NCBI GenBank assembly: GCA_964188305.1
Contig: OZ076887.1
DNA length: 64,000 nt
Reading direction: 5' to 3' (one strand)
Source of the DNA: Podarcis bocagei
Lineage: Eukaryota
The position numbers were made by a program, and so were the translations under genes. The notes beneath the pieces were generated by a model. That model saw only the letters and a program-made list of their open reading frames with translations. It made no database searches and was not told where the DNA came from. This document shows, piece after piece, positions 1 to 13,500 of the stretch. The number at the start of each line of letters is the position of its first letter. Positions within the stretch are counted from its first letter, which is position 1.

Positions 1-1343
1 AATGACTACACCAACTTCTAAATGTCCTTAACTTAGGAGTAGTGTGTATTGCTTGATGTTGCTTACTAGTTTTGTAACTTCAAAGTTCATTTCATGCAGG
101 TTTTAACAATGGAGTACAAGAGCGCAGACTCCTACAATTGCAAACAACTATATAGCTATTACTATCTGTAATTCAGGGGTCTCTGGATGTAACAGTTTTA
201 TAATTAAGTAAAGCATTTGACAGTTTAGAGTCTAAAACATGTTTGTCTACTGTATACCTGACTTCAAGTAAAAAAAAGCTTTTTTCTACATTCTTTGATA
301 CTTATTTTTCAACACTATCTGCTTGTCAGTAATATTTTCTATTATGGATTAAAATTCATTGATAAACCATGAGCTGTGGTTTTATGTAACTTACCTTGCT
401 TTTTAATGATACCATGCATTTTTGGATCATTATTTTTATTGCTTATTTATATCCTCCTCTCAGGGTAGAACTACACATTTCCAAGAGGCTGGCAAAGATT
501 TGTGTGGCCCCACCCCAGCTCCGCATCACTTAACTTTCTTCCATTAAGCAAACCCAGAACATTATGGCATTACAGGGTACAGGATGTGATACAACACGCT
601 ACGGGAGTGAACCCAAGAGAGAAATGCCATTTTTTTGGTAACATTACAATGTCTTCCATAATTTGTAATTCTATCCAGAATGTCAAATTAAGAGTGCTTT
701 TATTTTAGAAAGATAACACAGAGGCACTAGCACAGGCCCTTACAGTGCTATTCTAGAGTGAATCTGCTACCCCTAAGTCAACTTTTCTTCACCCCTTCTT
801 CCTTGATTCTTTTGTCTTCCCTCTTCTGCAATCTTTAAACTTTTCCTTATTATTTATTTATTTAATAAATTCTGATTGTAAAATAAATACAGTAAAATGG
901 GGGGGGGGGTCACAACTATACTTTAAAACATACACCAGTTAAAATGCTAAAATAGATTTAAATTACCCGTTTCAACCCCCACCCGCTAAATGCACCCACA
1001 TTCCTCTGATTTGTCTTGCTACTTGCCATGCAAACTTAAGTCTTAGAAGGAAGATGTGGGGCATAAAACTTTTAAAGTGATAAGCACATCACTGAGAGAA
1101 CGGGCGTTTAAAAATATTCTCGAGTCCCCGCCCGCGAATAAACGCTTTTCATACTAACCACGTGATTCCTCCCTCCGCTCTCTCCCATACGTAAATAACG
1201 GAACTTCCCGCCTTTCTGACGCGACAGAAAAAAGGGCTCTTCAGCCAATCCCCTTCGTGGTGGGGCATGGGTGACGCAAATCCGACGCGCCAGCAAGCCG
1301 GCACGTCAAACGGGGGTGTCCGCAGCGCGCGAGTTTCCTGAGT

Positions 1344-1373
<30 letters not shown>
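1344..1373 (+). repeat. (GCC)10 trinucleotide repeat in the probable NUP133 5'UTR
   Basis: Ten perfect GCC units ending 44 nt before the ATG at 1418. Confidence 0.95.
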
Positions 1374-1375
<2 letters not shown>

Positions 1376-1417
1376 TGTGTTTTGCGAAGCCTTCGGGCTC
1401 TTCTCGCTGAGCTCGCG

Positions 1418-1590
1418 ATGTTCCCTTCAACCCCCGGCTCGCCCCACACGGCGGCGGGCGGCGGGTCGGGCCGGAGAGGCCTCCGGAGTGGAAGCCGGAA
1501 GGGCCAGCAGGCCTTCGCGACCTCGTCCCTCAGTTCCCCGGCTTTGTTCTCGCCGGTGGCCAGGAGGAGCGTCAGTTCTCTGTCTGCGCG
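1418..1590 (+). CDS. NUP133: NUP133 exon 1
   Basis: MFPSTPGSP...[16 protein letters not shown]; donor GTGAGT at 1591. Confidence 0.9.
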
Positions 1591-4500
1591 GTGAGTGAGG
1601 GGGCCGGGCCCGCCCTGCTCTGCCCGGCAGCCCGGCCGCGGTAGGGAGCCTTCCCTTCCCTGGTCAGGACATCGGCTGCCCGTCTCGCGCGTTGGTTTTC
1701 CTCTTGAAGGGCGCCTCTAGGCCATCGCTGTTTTGTGGGAGGGATTTAAGCGCATCCCAGGACTAGCTTTGCTGAGCTGAAGGTGGAATAAAAAGCTGTG
1801 TCGCCCTAGGGCAGCAAATCCACTGTTAAAAAAGAACTTGACTTTGTGCCAGTGAAGAGGTAATTCACTGCAAATTGTGGGATGAACAAATGACTTGATG
1901 GGAAGAGATATAAACAAATTGGGATGGAAGCAAGACGAATGCTTAAGTGTCATATAACTGCCGTCTATTAAATTGCATTGGGGATAAACTGCAGTACACC
2001 CTACCGTAACTGCCAGAGGGCTGAAAAGCCCTCTCCCAATTCTATTCATGGTCCAGAAAGTAGGACAAGAACTGCTGTGGCATAGTGCCCCTGGTTCCCA
2101 TGCCACAGAGCCAGTTCAGGAGGATGCCATGGTCACTGGTATCAGATGCCACAGAGAGGGCAGGAAGCAGGTTGCTGTTCCGCTCTCTGAAGATTATCTA
2201 TTGGGGGGGGGGTAAACAAGGCCAACTCTTGTATCATGACCATGCCTGGAAATAGATTGGAATGGATCTAAATAATCTGTCATCCAAGAATGCCTGCAGA
2301 TGCGCCACCACAGCTTTCTAACATAACATGGTATTGGATTAATGCAATTTACTCAATTGAAACTGAAATATTGGAAATTTTTATGACATTACATACATCT
2401 TTTTGCTTAGAGGTACACCCACAAAAGTTGTACATCATCCATCAGGAAGTGAAACCATCAACTATGATGTGAAAAGCTTTGGTTCACCTCTGCCAGTAAA
2501 GGTTATGGAGGCATTGAGAATGGCTGATGGTAAGTAGTTTAATTCCTTCTAATGTTCTTAGACTAGATAAATGTTTCAGTCAGCATGCAGGTAAGTTTGA
2601 AATATAAATATGCAAATTAGTGCTTGTACTCATACATGAGATATTGCTTATTCCAGACAAGGAATTGATGGTATGGGGTAATGGCTTAACAAACCAAAGA
2701 TGTGAAATTTAGCCTGCCTTAGATGGGTTTACACTCCCACTTAAGGGGGTGGGAATCAAAGTTTGAGGGTGTTCTTAGATCCATCATTGTGCAGATGGCT
2801 TCAGAAATATGTCATGCCTTTTCCAACTTCAGTCATTGTGCAAGCTTCACTCTGCCTGGAGAGAAATAGTCTGTCCAAAGTTGTCCATGTTCTGATAACA
2901 TCTATGGCAGGTTAATGTAATGTAATGCACTGAACATGGGGCTGCCTTTTAAAAACATCCAGAAGCAATGGGTTCAGAATACAATTGCCGGAGTGGTAAC
3001 TGACTGACTACCATGACCATAATACACCAATGTTGGAAGATCTTCACTGATTGCCAGTGTGATTCCAGGCTAAATTCAGTGTCTGGTTTTGACCATCGAA
3101 CCCCTAAATGGTCTGTATAGTCAGAATAATAACTTCTCCCGCACAGTTAAGATCTTTCACATAAGTCTCTATTCAGATGCCCCTACTTTAAAGTTTAGGC
3201 CACCAAAGAGAGGGTCCTCGCCACACCCCAGTGTGGTGATGTCCAAGTCATGGAACTCCCTTCCTAGGCATATTTATCTGGTACACAGTCATCATCAACC
3301 CCTCTAATTCTGATTTTCAGGCTTTGAAAGCTGTTGCTTCTGTTGCCAAAATGGCATCACCCACACATAACGGAAGAACAGACTCAGGGAAATCCCGAGG
3401 TTTGTAGGTATTAAAAATTTAGAAAGAAAGGGGGGAAACCCCAAAAAGAGCTCAGTGGGAACTGCGCAATGGCCGTGAAATGCAAGTTGACTGTGGGGAT
3501 GGAACAGAAACCCAGGTGATGTGTGAGAGGAAGCATTCATTGAGCTGGAAAACTGAAAATCAGCTGTTTTATTTTTATTTCAGCTGCTGATTTTATTAGC
3601 TTTGTTTATTGTTTTATATGCTGAGGGTTTTTTTTTACTTATTATTAGTGTTTATTGTAAAGTTCTTTGGAACTGTTTTGCAAAAGGTGGGGTAAAAATC
3701 ACCTAAATACATGTGGGTCATGTGCTAGCATTGTTGCTTTTTATTTAACGTTACCCACAAACTGTAAAGGACCTGTTCTAGCAAGTCATCATAATGGTAA
3801 TGGTTTTAAGTGGGCTACGTCCCCAAACAACACTGGGTAAAATAGGTGCCATTCAATAAAATGTATAGGGCTTCAAATATACACTTGGATATCTTATTCT
3901 GCTATGCCTCGGGTATGATAAATTTAAAACTTTGTTCATTCTTGTAGCTGAGGACCATTTGAATGTGCATCTAGATGAAAGTGGATGGGCTTGGCTAGTC
4001 TACAGAGACAGACTGATTATTTGGAAGACTGGCCAATCTCCCGTTGCTAAGGTAAGATAATAGTACATCAAATATAGAATTGTAGGTTTTTGTTGTAATG
4101 TATATCTTCAAAATAAAGTGTCGTAGCAAATGAGCAACCTCAAAACAGTGACATTGCTATGAGCCTCATCAACGTAGGGTACTTCTGTGTTGCCACATTT
4201 AAAGTCCTCTCTGCAAAAAGTTAAGACCTTACATGAGTTGGTATCTCTGCTAAAGTAAAAACTAGTGTTCACCTTAATAAGTTTCCTATTTTCTGTTGTC
4301 TCACTGAGTCTTTAAGTAGCCTCAAAAGACTGTTTTGAGTTCAGTGGAGTTTCCAGGTAAGTGTGGTTAGGATTGGAGCCCTAATGTTTTGTCAGAAACT
4401 AGCAATATACTCTAGTGGTGATATTTCCTGCTTTCAACCATTTACCCATGAGTACAGTCAAATCTACATTTCATATGCCATCTCATATGCTGTATACGAG

Positions 4501-7500
4501 AACTAGGCCTTGGTGCAACTTTGATGTGTTGGTGATGCAGGAGGAAGTACAAAGCACATGGCTTCTTTTTCGCATGCTTTTCCATTGCATCCAAAACAGA
4601 ACATTTGTGCTAGCTCATGAATGCAAAAACTGCATTTCAGCTGTGGCAGAAATTTCCACTTCCTGTTACTTCTGCACCATTGCTGTTTCCAAAGTTCCTT
4701 TAGTAGACACTGAACTGATAATATAGACTACTTCATTTTGTTCAAGAAACTCATAAAGGAAGCATCATAAAATGATGTGTGTGTTTTGCAGTTGTCTGCA
4801 TGTAAGGAACTTCAGTTACCACCTAGCGACTATCTGTGGAATTCAAGCTTAGTGGCAATATCGTCTCTTAATGCCTCTGGTGAAGCACCTTCTTTACAGG
4901 TGAGAAACTTAACATTTATTTTGGGAATATCATTTAGGAAAGTAACGAATCGCAGCTTTTGTTACAGGATCACAAGTGATGTGGAGCATATTTTAAGTTC
5001 ATTTGCAACAATCAATGGATGCCAATTTCAAGTACAATATTTGGCAAACTTTGCAGTTTCAAGCTTTTTTAAAAAGCTTTAAAAAATGAAATACAAGTAA
5101 AATGAACACGGTAAATTAAATTATTGTCTTAGGCATGCAATGCAAACTGAAAAAAATCCTATGCAAATTAGACTAATTTGCAGAAGAAAGTTTTTAATTC
5201 AGTATTTCCAGAAAACCGACATAACTGGAGTAATCCAATGTTCAGTTTGCTAGAGCTGATAGTATTACTTTTACAAATGGGTCTTGTTTACAATTTACTT
5301 ATGAATGAATAAATAGAAAATTAGCCTGTAGCTTGTACTGCACAAATTGTATAAGCCTGTTTATCTTACGGCACACTGCACTACAGATTTTTAAAAAGCT
5401 TAAAATAACTTTACATTCTTCAACAACCTCACAAATGAGTTTTTGTTCCTTCACACAATTAGTTTCAAGAGCTGCTTGTCTAGAAACCATGACATGAGAA
5501 GCTTGAAACTGGTGTAAATATGTTGCTCAGATTCTGAATAAATACTTAATCATTTTTTTTATTTGCTGTGTTTGCAAGTCTCTGTCAATCATGGTTGCCA
5601 CCTGTGAAGGATTAATACGCTATTGGCCCAGCTTTGTGCATGAAAGCTCTTTTACCGAGACCCATACAGACTTTGGAGGCGCTCTCTGCAGTTTTCTAAC
5701 AGCTGTAAAGGTAAAATAGAAACTTAAGTGTGAGCATATATTTTATGGGGTATTTGTTAACAATTCTGGGAAATCTGCATTGCGTCCTGTCACTGACCAT
5801 TGTCCATAAGTGATGAAATGCTTTTTTTTCTCACATTGTATTTGTAAAACAGAATAAAATGTTGCTCTGAGTTGGATTAGCAAGTCTGTATTCTCTTTTT
5901 AAAAACTGAATAATAATGCAGTAGCAACAAAAAGCTGGCCGGATTAAATTGGGGTTTCTTTTCTTTTAGGGTGGAAGCTTTATTTTATCATCTTCAAGGA
6001 GCCATTTTATTCGACTGACACCAGACAGTAGTGGCAAGATTTATCAGCATGGCCTACCACAAGGACAAGGCATGTTTTCTGGAATAGGCCGAAGAGTTTC
6101 TTCTCTGCTGGGAATCTTGTCTCCCAGCAATGATGTAGTAGTAAGTCTTTAAAATAGTTTAAACTTAATTATGATGCTGTATTTGGATTTTTTAGTTTCT
6201 TTCATATGAGGGAAGCATCTTACAACATCAGCTTTAAAAAGTAATAGAATTACAAAAAGTATCCAATATCTGACCACGATACTGATGGACTTTAGTCTTA
6301 TCAGTTAGCGCTTGTGTCTTCCAGAACTGGTTTTTGATCTAGCATGAAATTCTCACATTTGTGAAACACTAAAGCCAATCTGACCAATCTCAGCAAAGCG
6401 CAGAGAAACTTGTTTTTAGTTTTTGAGATGTGGCGTTAAACAGTTCTGTTTTGTTCTTTAAAACTTTAAATAGAGAACTTTATTGTATCGAACACTAAAC
6501 CCCTATAATTTATGTTTAATGCAGCTTTCTAGTGTTCTTTGGGACAAAAAAGGTTCACGTTTTTATGCTTTGACCAGCTTAAATCTTTACAAATGGGAAA
6601 TAGATGATACTACAGAGCGTCAAGTTGTCAGCTGGGATGTAAACAGAATACTTAAAGAAAACATCATGGAATCAATATGGGTAAGAGGCAGTACATTTGG
6701 AATGTAAAACAAGTGTTTGCTTTCTTGCTAGCATATTTAATAACTATTATTTGCACAGGGTTCTGAAAGCAACTATGAAGAAATTAAAGGAGATGTCAAC
6801 GTGCAGTATTTGGATTTGCAGCAAAATCGGTGAGTTCTTATGAGAAAGTGAGGAACCTATTATGAACTAGCGTATACATTGTCCTTTTGTGTCAAGGTCA
6901 GTTATTTCAAGCTGCAGAACTGTTACGAGAATTGACATTTTAGAAAATACTTAATTTCTTCTTGGTTTTTAAGTCTACTAGCATGAGTTTTCCTTGTTTT
7001 AGAAGTTCTCCACCCAGAATAAGATGCCAATTTTTGTAATTTAATCAGGGATTTTCTGTGAAATTCTGTGGTTTCTCCTCCCTTCAAAAGCCAAGGGATA
7101 TGCAAAGGCTTAGCATATAAATGTAATGAATTTGCTTACATGCAGCATGTAAAAAGATGCATGTGTACATATTCTTAAGATAATATTTTCTAAGAAAAGC
7201 AAAGTGAATGCTGTCAGATACTGTATTTTTCGGCCCATAGGGCGCACCGCCCCATAGGGTGCACCTAGTTTTTTGGGGGGGAAATAAAGGGGGAAAAAAT
7301 TTTTTTCCCCCAGGTGCGGGGCTGGGGTGGGGGAAGCCCGAGCTTCCCCAGCCCCCAGAACAGGCAGCTCTCCACAAGCCGTGGGAGAGCTGTGTGAAGC
7401 CTGAAGCCTGGGGGGTGCTGAGCTCAGCGCCCCCAGGCTTCGGGGTGCAGCCAGTTCTCCACAAGCCGTGGGAGAGCTGCGTGAAGTCGTGCAGCTCTCC

Positions 7501-10500
7501 CACGGCTTGCGGATAGCTTCCTGAAGCCTGGAGGGCGAGAGGGGTCACTTCAGCGAAAGCCTGCATTCGCCCCATAGGATGCACACACATTTCCCCTTCA
7601 TTTTTGGAGGGGAAAAAGTGCGTCCTATAGGGCGAAAAATACGGTAATTAGTAAACTTTGTTTTGCTTCTTGGTATTTCTGATCACAGTTTTGCAAGGCA
7701 AATGCTTATCTCTTTTGTCTTCCAATAAATAGTGATGGATTGGTGATTTTAGCTGCAGCCTGGCATCTTGGTGACAGTCCATGCCTCATCTACTATACTT
7801 TAATAACAGTAGAGGATAATGGTTACCCCACATGTGATAATGTTATTGTGGAAGTCACCCAGTATAATCCACCGTTTCAGGTAATTGACCTTATGCATTA
7901 CAGGGGTTTTTGTGCCTTATTAGCTATTAGCTCTTGATCCTAAACACACTGTTGGAAATACATCATGCTGACTGTGTTCACCTGTTGCATTAGGGGGGGA
8001 AAGGGGGGTATAAAATAATAATAATAATAATAACAACAACAATCACCATTTATTTTATACATGAACACTTATGTTAGCAGCCTAGAGCTGGATATCAACC
8101 TAAACATATTATACTATTATGGAAAACTATGTGGAGTTGGCAACACCAGCCACAAATGTGTCACTTTCAGCCTGTTTTCCCTGCCCCTTTGGGATCAAGC
8201 CGTTAGGCTTCATACAAACGCATAGGTGTCATGCTAACAGGTTGAGGGTAATATGCTTTTATAAATGTCGGTGTTAACCCTTATTTCAGCCTGAAGAACT
8301 GATGTGTCGTTTAGTAGTCCCAAATTTCTCCAGCCATGCTGCCTGTCTTTACACAGAAGAGGAGGTATTTGCTTGCTCAACAGGAACAGGAAGAATTTCT
8401 TTGCCCCAGGAGAAAATGATATTCAGTATTCAAGGTAAGAACCTAAAGAAGCCGGAGCTCTTAATAAGCCAATGAGGGTGTTTATAGGGTCTCTCCAGAA
8501 CAATTATGCTTTTAAAACTTACTGTATTTACTTTTTATGGAAATGGTCATAGGTATAGCAGTGGTATAGATAGAGCAGTGATTATTCATCTTGCCATTGA
8601 CTCACAGTACAATCCTATACATGTCTACTCAGAAGTAAGTCCCATTGAGATCAATTGGCCTTACTTCCAGGTAAGTGTGTATAGAATTGAAGTCTCAATG
8701 ACTTAAGCAGTTACGGGCCTAACAGTGAAATCTTAGATTTAAGAACAATCCCTATTGTGTTATGTAGAGTTATTATTGTAGGCATAGGAACTTTATAATA
8801 AACTCTGTCTTGTTCCTTTTTCGCTTGATAACTCTGAAAACCAGGCCTTGCAGCCTTTTAACTTGTGCTTATAACATAGCTTAGCAAATCAAACTTAAGC
8901 CCACAGTTTGATATTCATTAATGGTGTTGAAGTTGTATTGTGTTTATTTCCTACCTTAGGTGATAGAATTTTAGGAGCAGGTTCCTGTGCTGGACTTCCA
9001 ATTTTTTTCACTAGAAAAAGTGGGCTGGTGGCCATACATTCCAGGGAAAACATTACCGTGCTTCCTGAAGATATTGAGGATTCTTTAGCCTCCTCTGTAG
9101 CTGAGACAAATGATGAGGTAAGGAGGGAAAACATTGTCTTAATTGTCTTAACAGTAAAGATGCATATTCCTGCACTGGATTTTCTTAGATAATTTAGTTA
9201 TTTCAAAGTTAGCATTTTTACTATTTCAAACTACTTTTTTGTGGAAGCATTATTCCTCCCTTTACATTTTTCTCTCTTTTTCAATTTTATTTTAGAGCAT
9301 TGCATTTGATGCTGCTTCCAGGATGGATATTATAGCGCAAGAGGATAAGACCAAAATGTTAAAATCTGCTTTCTTACAGTTTTGCAGGTATAAAATTATG
9401 TCATGTTTAATATACAGTATATTTCATTCTGGGAGCATTGTGGGTTTGTAAAACTGAAGAGAAATATTAACATTTTAGCATTACCTTTTATAGAGGATGA
9501 AAGCCAACATAATACAAATAGGTATGCCCTGGGTTTTCTTCCTCTCTTCCCTGCAGCCATTTGTGCACTTCCAAAATCTGTAAAAATAGATGGCTTTATG
9601 TTCTATCAGATAACGAACAATTGGGTTCTGCAGACTATCAAAAGATCTTGTTCTCCTTTCTATCCAAGTAGTCTATAATCCCTCCTGTTGCTTGTAAGCC
9701 CTCTCCCTTTGCTGGTCCTTCAGTCTGTTTCTTATCTTCCTTCATTTGGAGCAGAATCCATTTGTTCCTCCTTCAGTGTGCTAATCTTCTCCTTTAAAAC
9801 TACCTCCCATCATTAAGCATATCACGGTGGTTAGATGATTACTGCCCACCCCTGCTTCAACCACAAGACAAATTACAACACCGTCCTCCTCTTTCATCAC
9901 GGCACAAGTTCACAGGAAGCAGACAGAGCACTACCAGCTGAAGCTGTGACTGGGGTTAATCTCCTTTCATGCACCCCTCCAGTGAAGACAGTCACAGCTC
10001 TGCTCCTTACAGCACCTATGGCAGCTTCTGCCTGTTCCCCATCTGATGTCAACATCATTCTCCCACAGTAGTTCTGCAGTACCAGATGTGGTCCCCCAGA
10101 GGGCAGAAGATAACCATGAAATACTTAGAGAACTTGAAGAAAGAGGCAATATTTTGAATACAGCATCAGCATCTACAACCTGCTGCTGTGGATCCAGCTG
10201 ATTGGTCTTAGGTACCTCTCATCTAGTGCCCTGCCCGACAGTTTTTCCTGTTTTGTGTTGAGGACCCAATTTGTCCTCAAGATTGAAGAGGCTGTTGTGG
10301 CAGATACAGCTGAAGAGCTAGTTCCCAATAAGCAGTTTTAAGAGTATCTAGGACCCTCTCCTGCTCTTGAGGGCCATCCTTTAAGTGAAACCCCGAAGTT
10401 GTTTTTGTTGTTGTTGTTTTTAATAGTCAGTCCACCCCAGATTCTGTGATTTCTCAGCACCATCTGCAGAGGAATCTCCTGACCCTATTAGCTCACTAGT

Positions 10501-13500
10501 AAGCACTTTCATAGAAGAACACTATTGCATGTACCCTACCCTCAGCCTGTGTAAAGTTGACAGCATGATAGATTACCCCTTTGCCTTAGAGACCAGCCAC
10601 CAGACCAAGAGATACGTCAAAAGGTTCCTGATCCAGAGGGCAAAAGCTGTGAATGCCCCCATAACATCATGGCCTCCAACTCCCCTACTGTCACACGTTG
10701 TTCACAAAATTCAGTTGGACAGGGTTTAGGTAGTCCTAGTGGCTCTCTGCTGGCACAGCCAGTCTTGGTTTTCCAAAATTCTCTAGCTGGTAGAGTATCC
10801 ACCGTAGTTCCTGCCACTCAAGCCAGACCTACTCTCACAGAGACCCCTATTGCAGCCAGGCCTCACCCACCTCTAGCTAACTGTTTGAAAACTGAACAGA
10901 GCGTTCTCCTGAGGGCAGGTTTCCCACCAGAAGTGGCTGCATGGTCCTCAGCAAGCACTTTCGTACACCATTTCGTACAACTTAGACCTACTTGCATCGG
11001 TAGTAGCTGCTTTGGGGAAGATGAGTGCTGCGGCACATGCTCCCATTTCACCATGCAGCCACCTGATCGCACCCACAAGACAGCAGTTTTGATGCATTCC
11101 ACTTGACTCACATCCCATGCCCAAGGTAGCCCAGAACCATGGTCTTTATTATGAATGTGGTTTCCAGTTGAGCATTAGCAGGTGCCAATGCCACCCACTT
11201 AGCAATCACCTGAAGTCTGCACATAGCAATCACCTGAAGGTTTTTTTTGGTCTTGAGCATCCAGCTTCAGTGAACACACAGCTAGCCTTGGCTATGTTTC
11301 CTTCTGCCCCTCCCCAGCCCCAGTCCTTTTATGGATGTTCTTCCTGATTCCTGATGTCATCGTACAGTAGCTTAGCCACAGAACAGAACTGAAGGGCAAG
11401 CAGAAGGGGCCTTCTTGAATATGGGCAAGAGGGATGCAATCACAAGCTTCTTGTCTTCCAAGCAGTTGGAGGGATTATGACCCACTTGGACACCCTCAGA
11501 TGTGCAGTTAAAAGCAACATTCCCAGTGAGGACCAGTGTTCCGTTCTAAGAGTCAACTCACCAAGTGTTTCCTTTCATTTCAGTAATAATATGAAAGGTG
11601 CACAAATCATCGTCGCTGAGCTCTTTCCACAGCATGGAGATGCATACCCTGATGCAGACCTAGACAGAGCTGTGTTTCAAATTAGTGAGAATTTGGTGGA
11701 TGATTATCCTACATCTGACCCACGATGGGCTGAATCAGTACCTGAAGGTGAGAAGTCCCATGTGTAAAATGGACATTCTGACTGTACAGCCTTAAGAAAG
11801 TAAGACTGTAAGTTATACTAACTTTTAAACCCCTTTCCTTGTCACTTTTTTTGTACGAAAGCAGCTAGTTTTCCAAATTCTTCCATCATTCTTCTTCATC
11901 AGCTGGAAAATAAGACAAAGGCCCATTCTCTATTCATTGACTTTCTTCGTCAGGTAGGTTCCTAATGTTCTTGTGTAAATGGGGTAATATAGGATGTGGC
12001 ACAAGAGTATTTTTATGTACAATTATCTCTATCCAAGGTGGGTCTCTTTGGTCGCCTGGGCAATATCCGAGTACGAGGCATACCAATGGCAACTCGGTGG
12101 TTACTCTGTGAACATGCAGAAAAGTTAGCGGCAGCCATTGCTCTCAAGAACCATCACTACAGATTGCCAGATGTGGTCAATGCTGCAATAGAGACTGCTT
12201 TGATGAAAAGAGAAGACGACGTTCCGTCAAGTCTAACTCCTGCAGATGTTTTCTTCAGAGAGGTGATATAAAGAAATAATTTATCTACAACCACATCTGT
12301 CGTTTTCTGTGTGAATAGCATTTCCTAATAAAATTCATGAGAATCCATGTAACATTCTAGATTTCTTCTTTTAGATCCATACTTTAGGACGGGGGGTGGT
12401 AACATGAATACTTTTCCTTTAGGAAAGTGCCTGATGAAAATCTCCCATGCTTATTGGATCCATTTTAAGAATGAAAATTAAATGACAGAAAAGCCATTTA
12501 TGAGATTCGCGGAGCAATCTAAGCTCCCGGCTGAGAGCAGATGCTCTACCACTACACCTGAAGCCTTGCTGCTCACACATGGCAGGAGGAGAGGTTTTGT
12601 TTTTCCAGCTCCAGGCTAGTGCTGCTAGTGCCTGTGGTAGCTAGTAGATCATTGTATCCCCAGCCTTCAGCATCAGAGTGTTTGGTGGGGTATACAATTG
12701 CGCTCTTAACGTGCTAAGTGAAACACTTAAACTGCTCAGTGCATAAAATATCAGGCTGAATCATTGCTTTTATACCTGATCAGCAGTGTTAATTGTCAGT
12801 GTTCCGTCTTCTTTTCTGTTTTTCAGGTGTCACAGATAGATACTATTTTTGAATGCTTACTGGAAAAGGAAAAGCAAGTCTTGAGGGATATGTCAGTTCA
12901 ATCTGAGGAATGGTCTGAAATAGTCGTCAATGTAAACAATATCATAAAGGTATTACATTTCAAAAATTAAGTAACGGTAAAAAGTCCCCGACCTAGGAAA
13001 CTGGACGTAATGCACCCAGCTAAATGTTTTAAAGCCCCATTTGATTTCATAGCTTAAATCCTTCCAGTTCCAATAAATGAAATTTGAAAAGGGGATCATA
13101 CACTAATTTAGGGTTTTAATAAGAAGTGGGAGGTTGCACAGTTTTAGATTACATGTTGCAGTAAAATGAAAATGAATGACAATATTGTTGATTTCCCAAA
13201 ATATCTTCCCATCAGATGAAAACAGAAAATTGCAGTAGCAGTAAAATAACTGGTTATTCTCGCTACCCATAGGAATCTACCCAGAATAAAGGAGGGGGGA
13301 AATACAGTGTGGCTTGGAATCATAATACAGGATACGGAAATGTAAAATGTAATAATACTAAAAAATGCTGAGTGCTAATATAGAGATGACACTCCCAAAA
13401 AATCCTATGTTTGGTAACGTCCTATGTTTTTTGTGTCAATATTCTCTAGGATATGCTGCAAGCTGCTATCCAAGACCGTCAGTCCAATGCTGCTTTATAT

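Larger units (their letters stand above)
1090..1720 (+). promoter_or_regulatory. CpG-island promoter/5' region of NUP133
   Basis: GC/CpG-rich block spanning the first exon. Motifs: E-box CACGTG 1159-1164, E2F-like TTCCCGCC 1205-1212, CCAAT 1245-1249, CRE-like TGACGCAA 1272-1279 and CACGTCA 1302-1308. No TATA box. Confidence 0.8.

Noticed and set aside
1-420. Possible 3'UTR of the upstream gene (ABCB10 by synteny), with ATTAAA near 348
   Set aside because: No coding sequence is visible, so it cannot be supported from this window.
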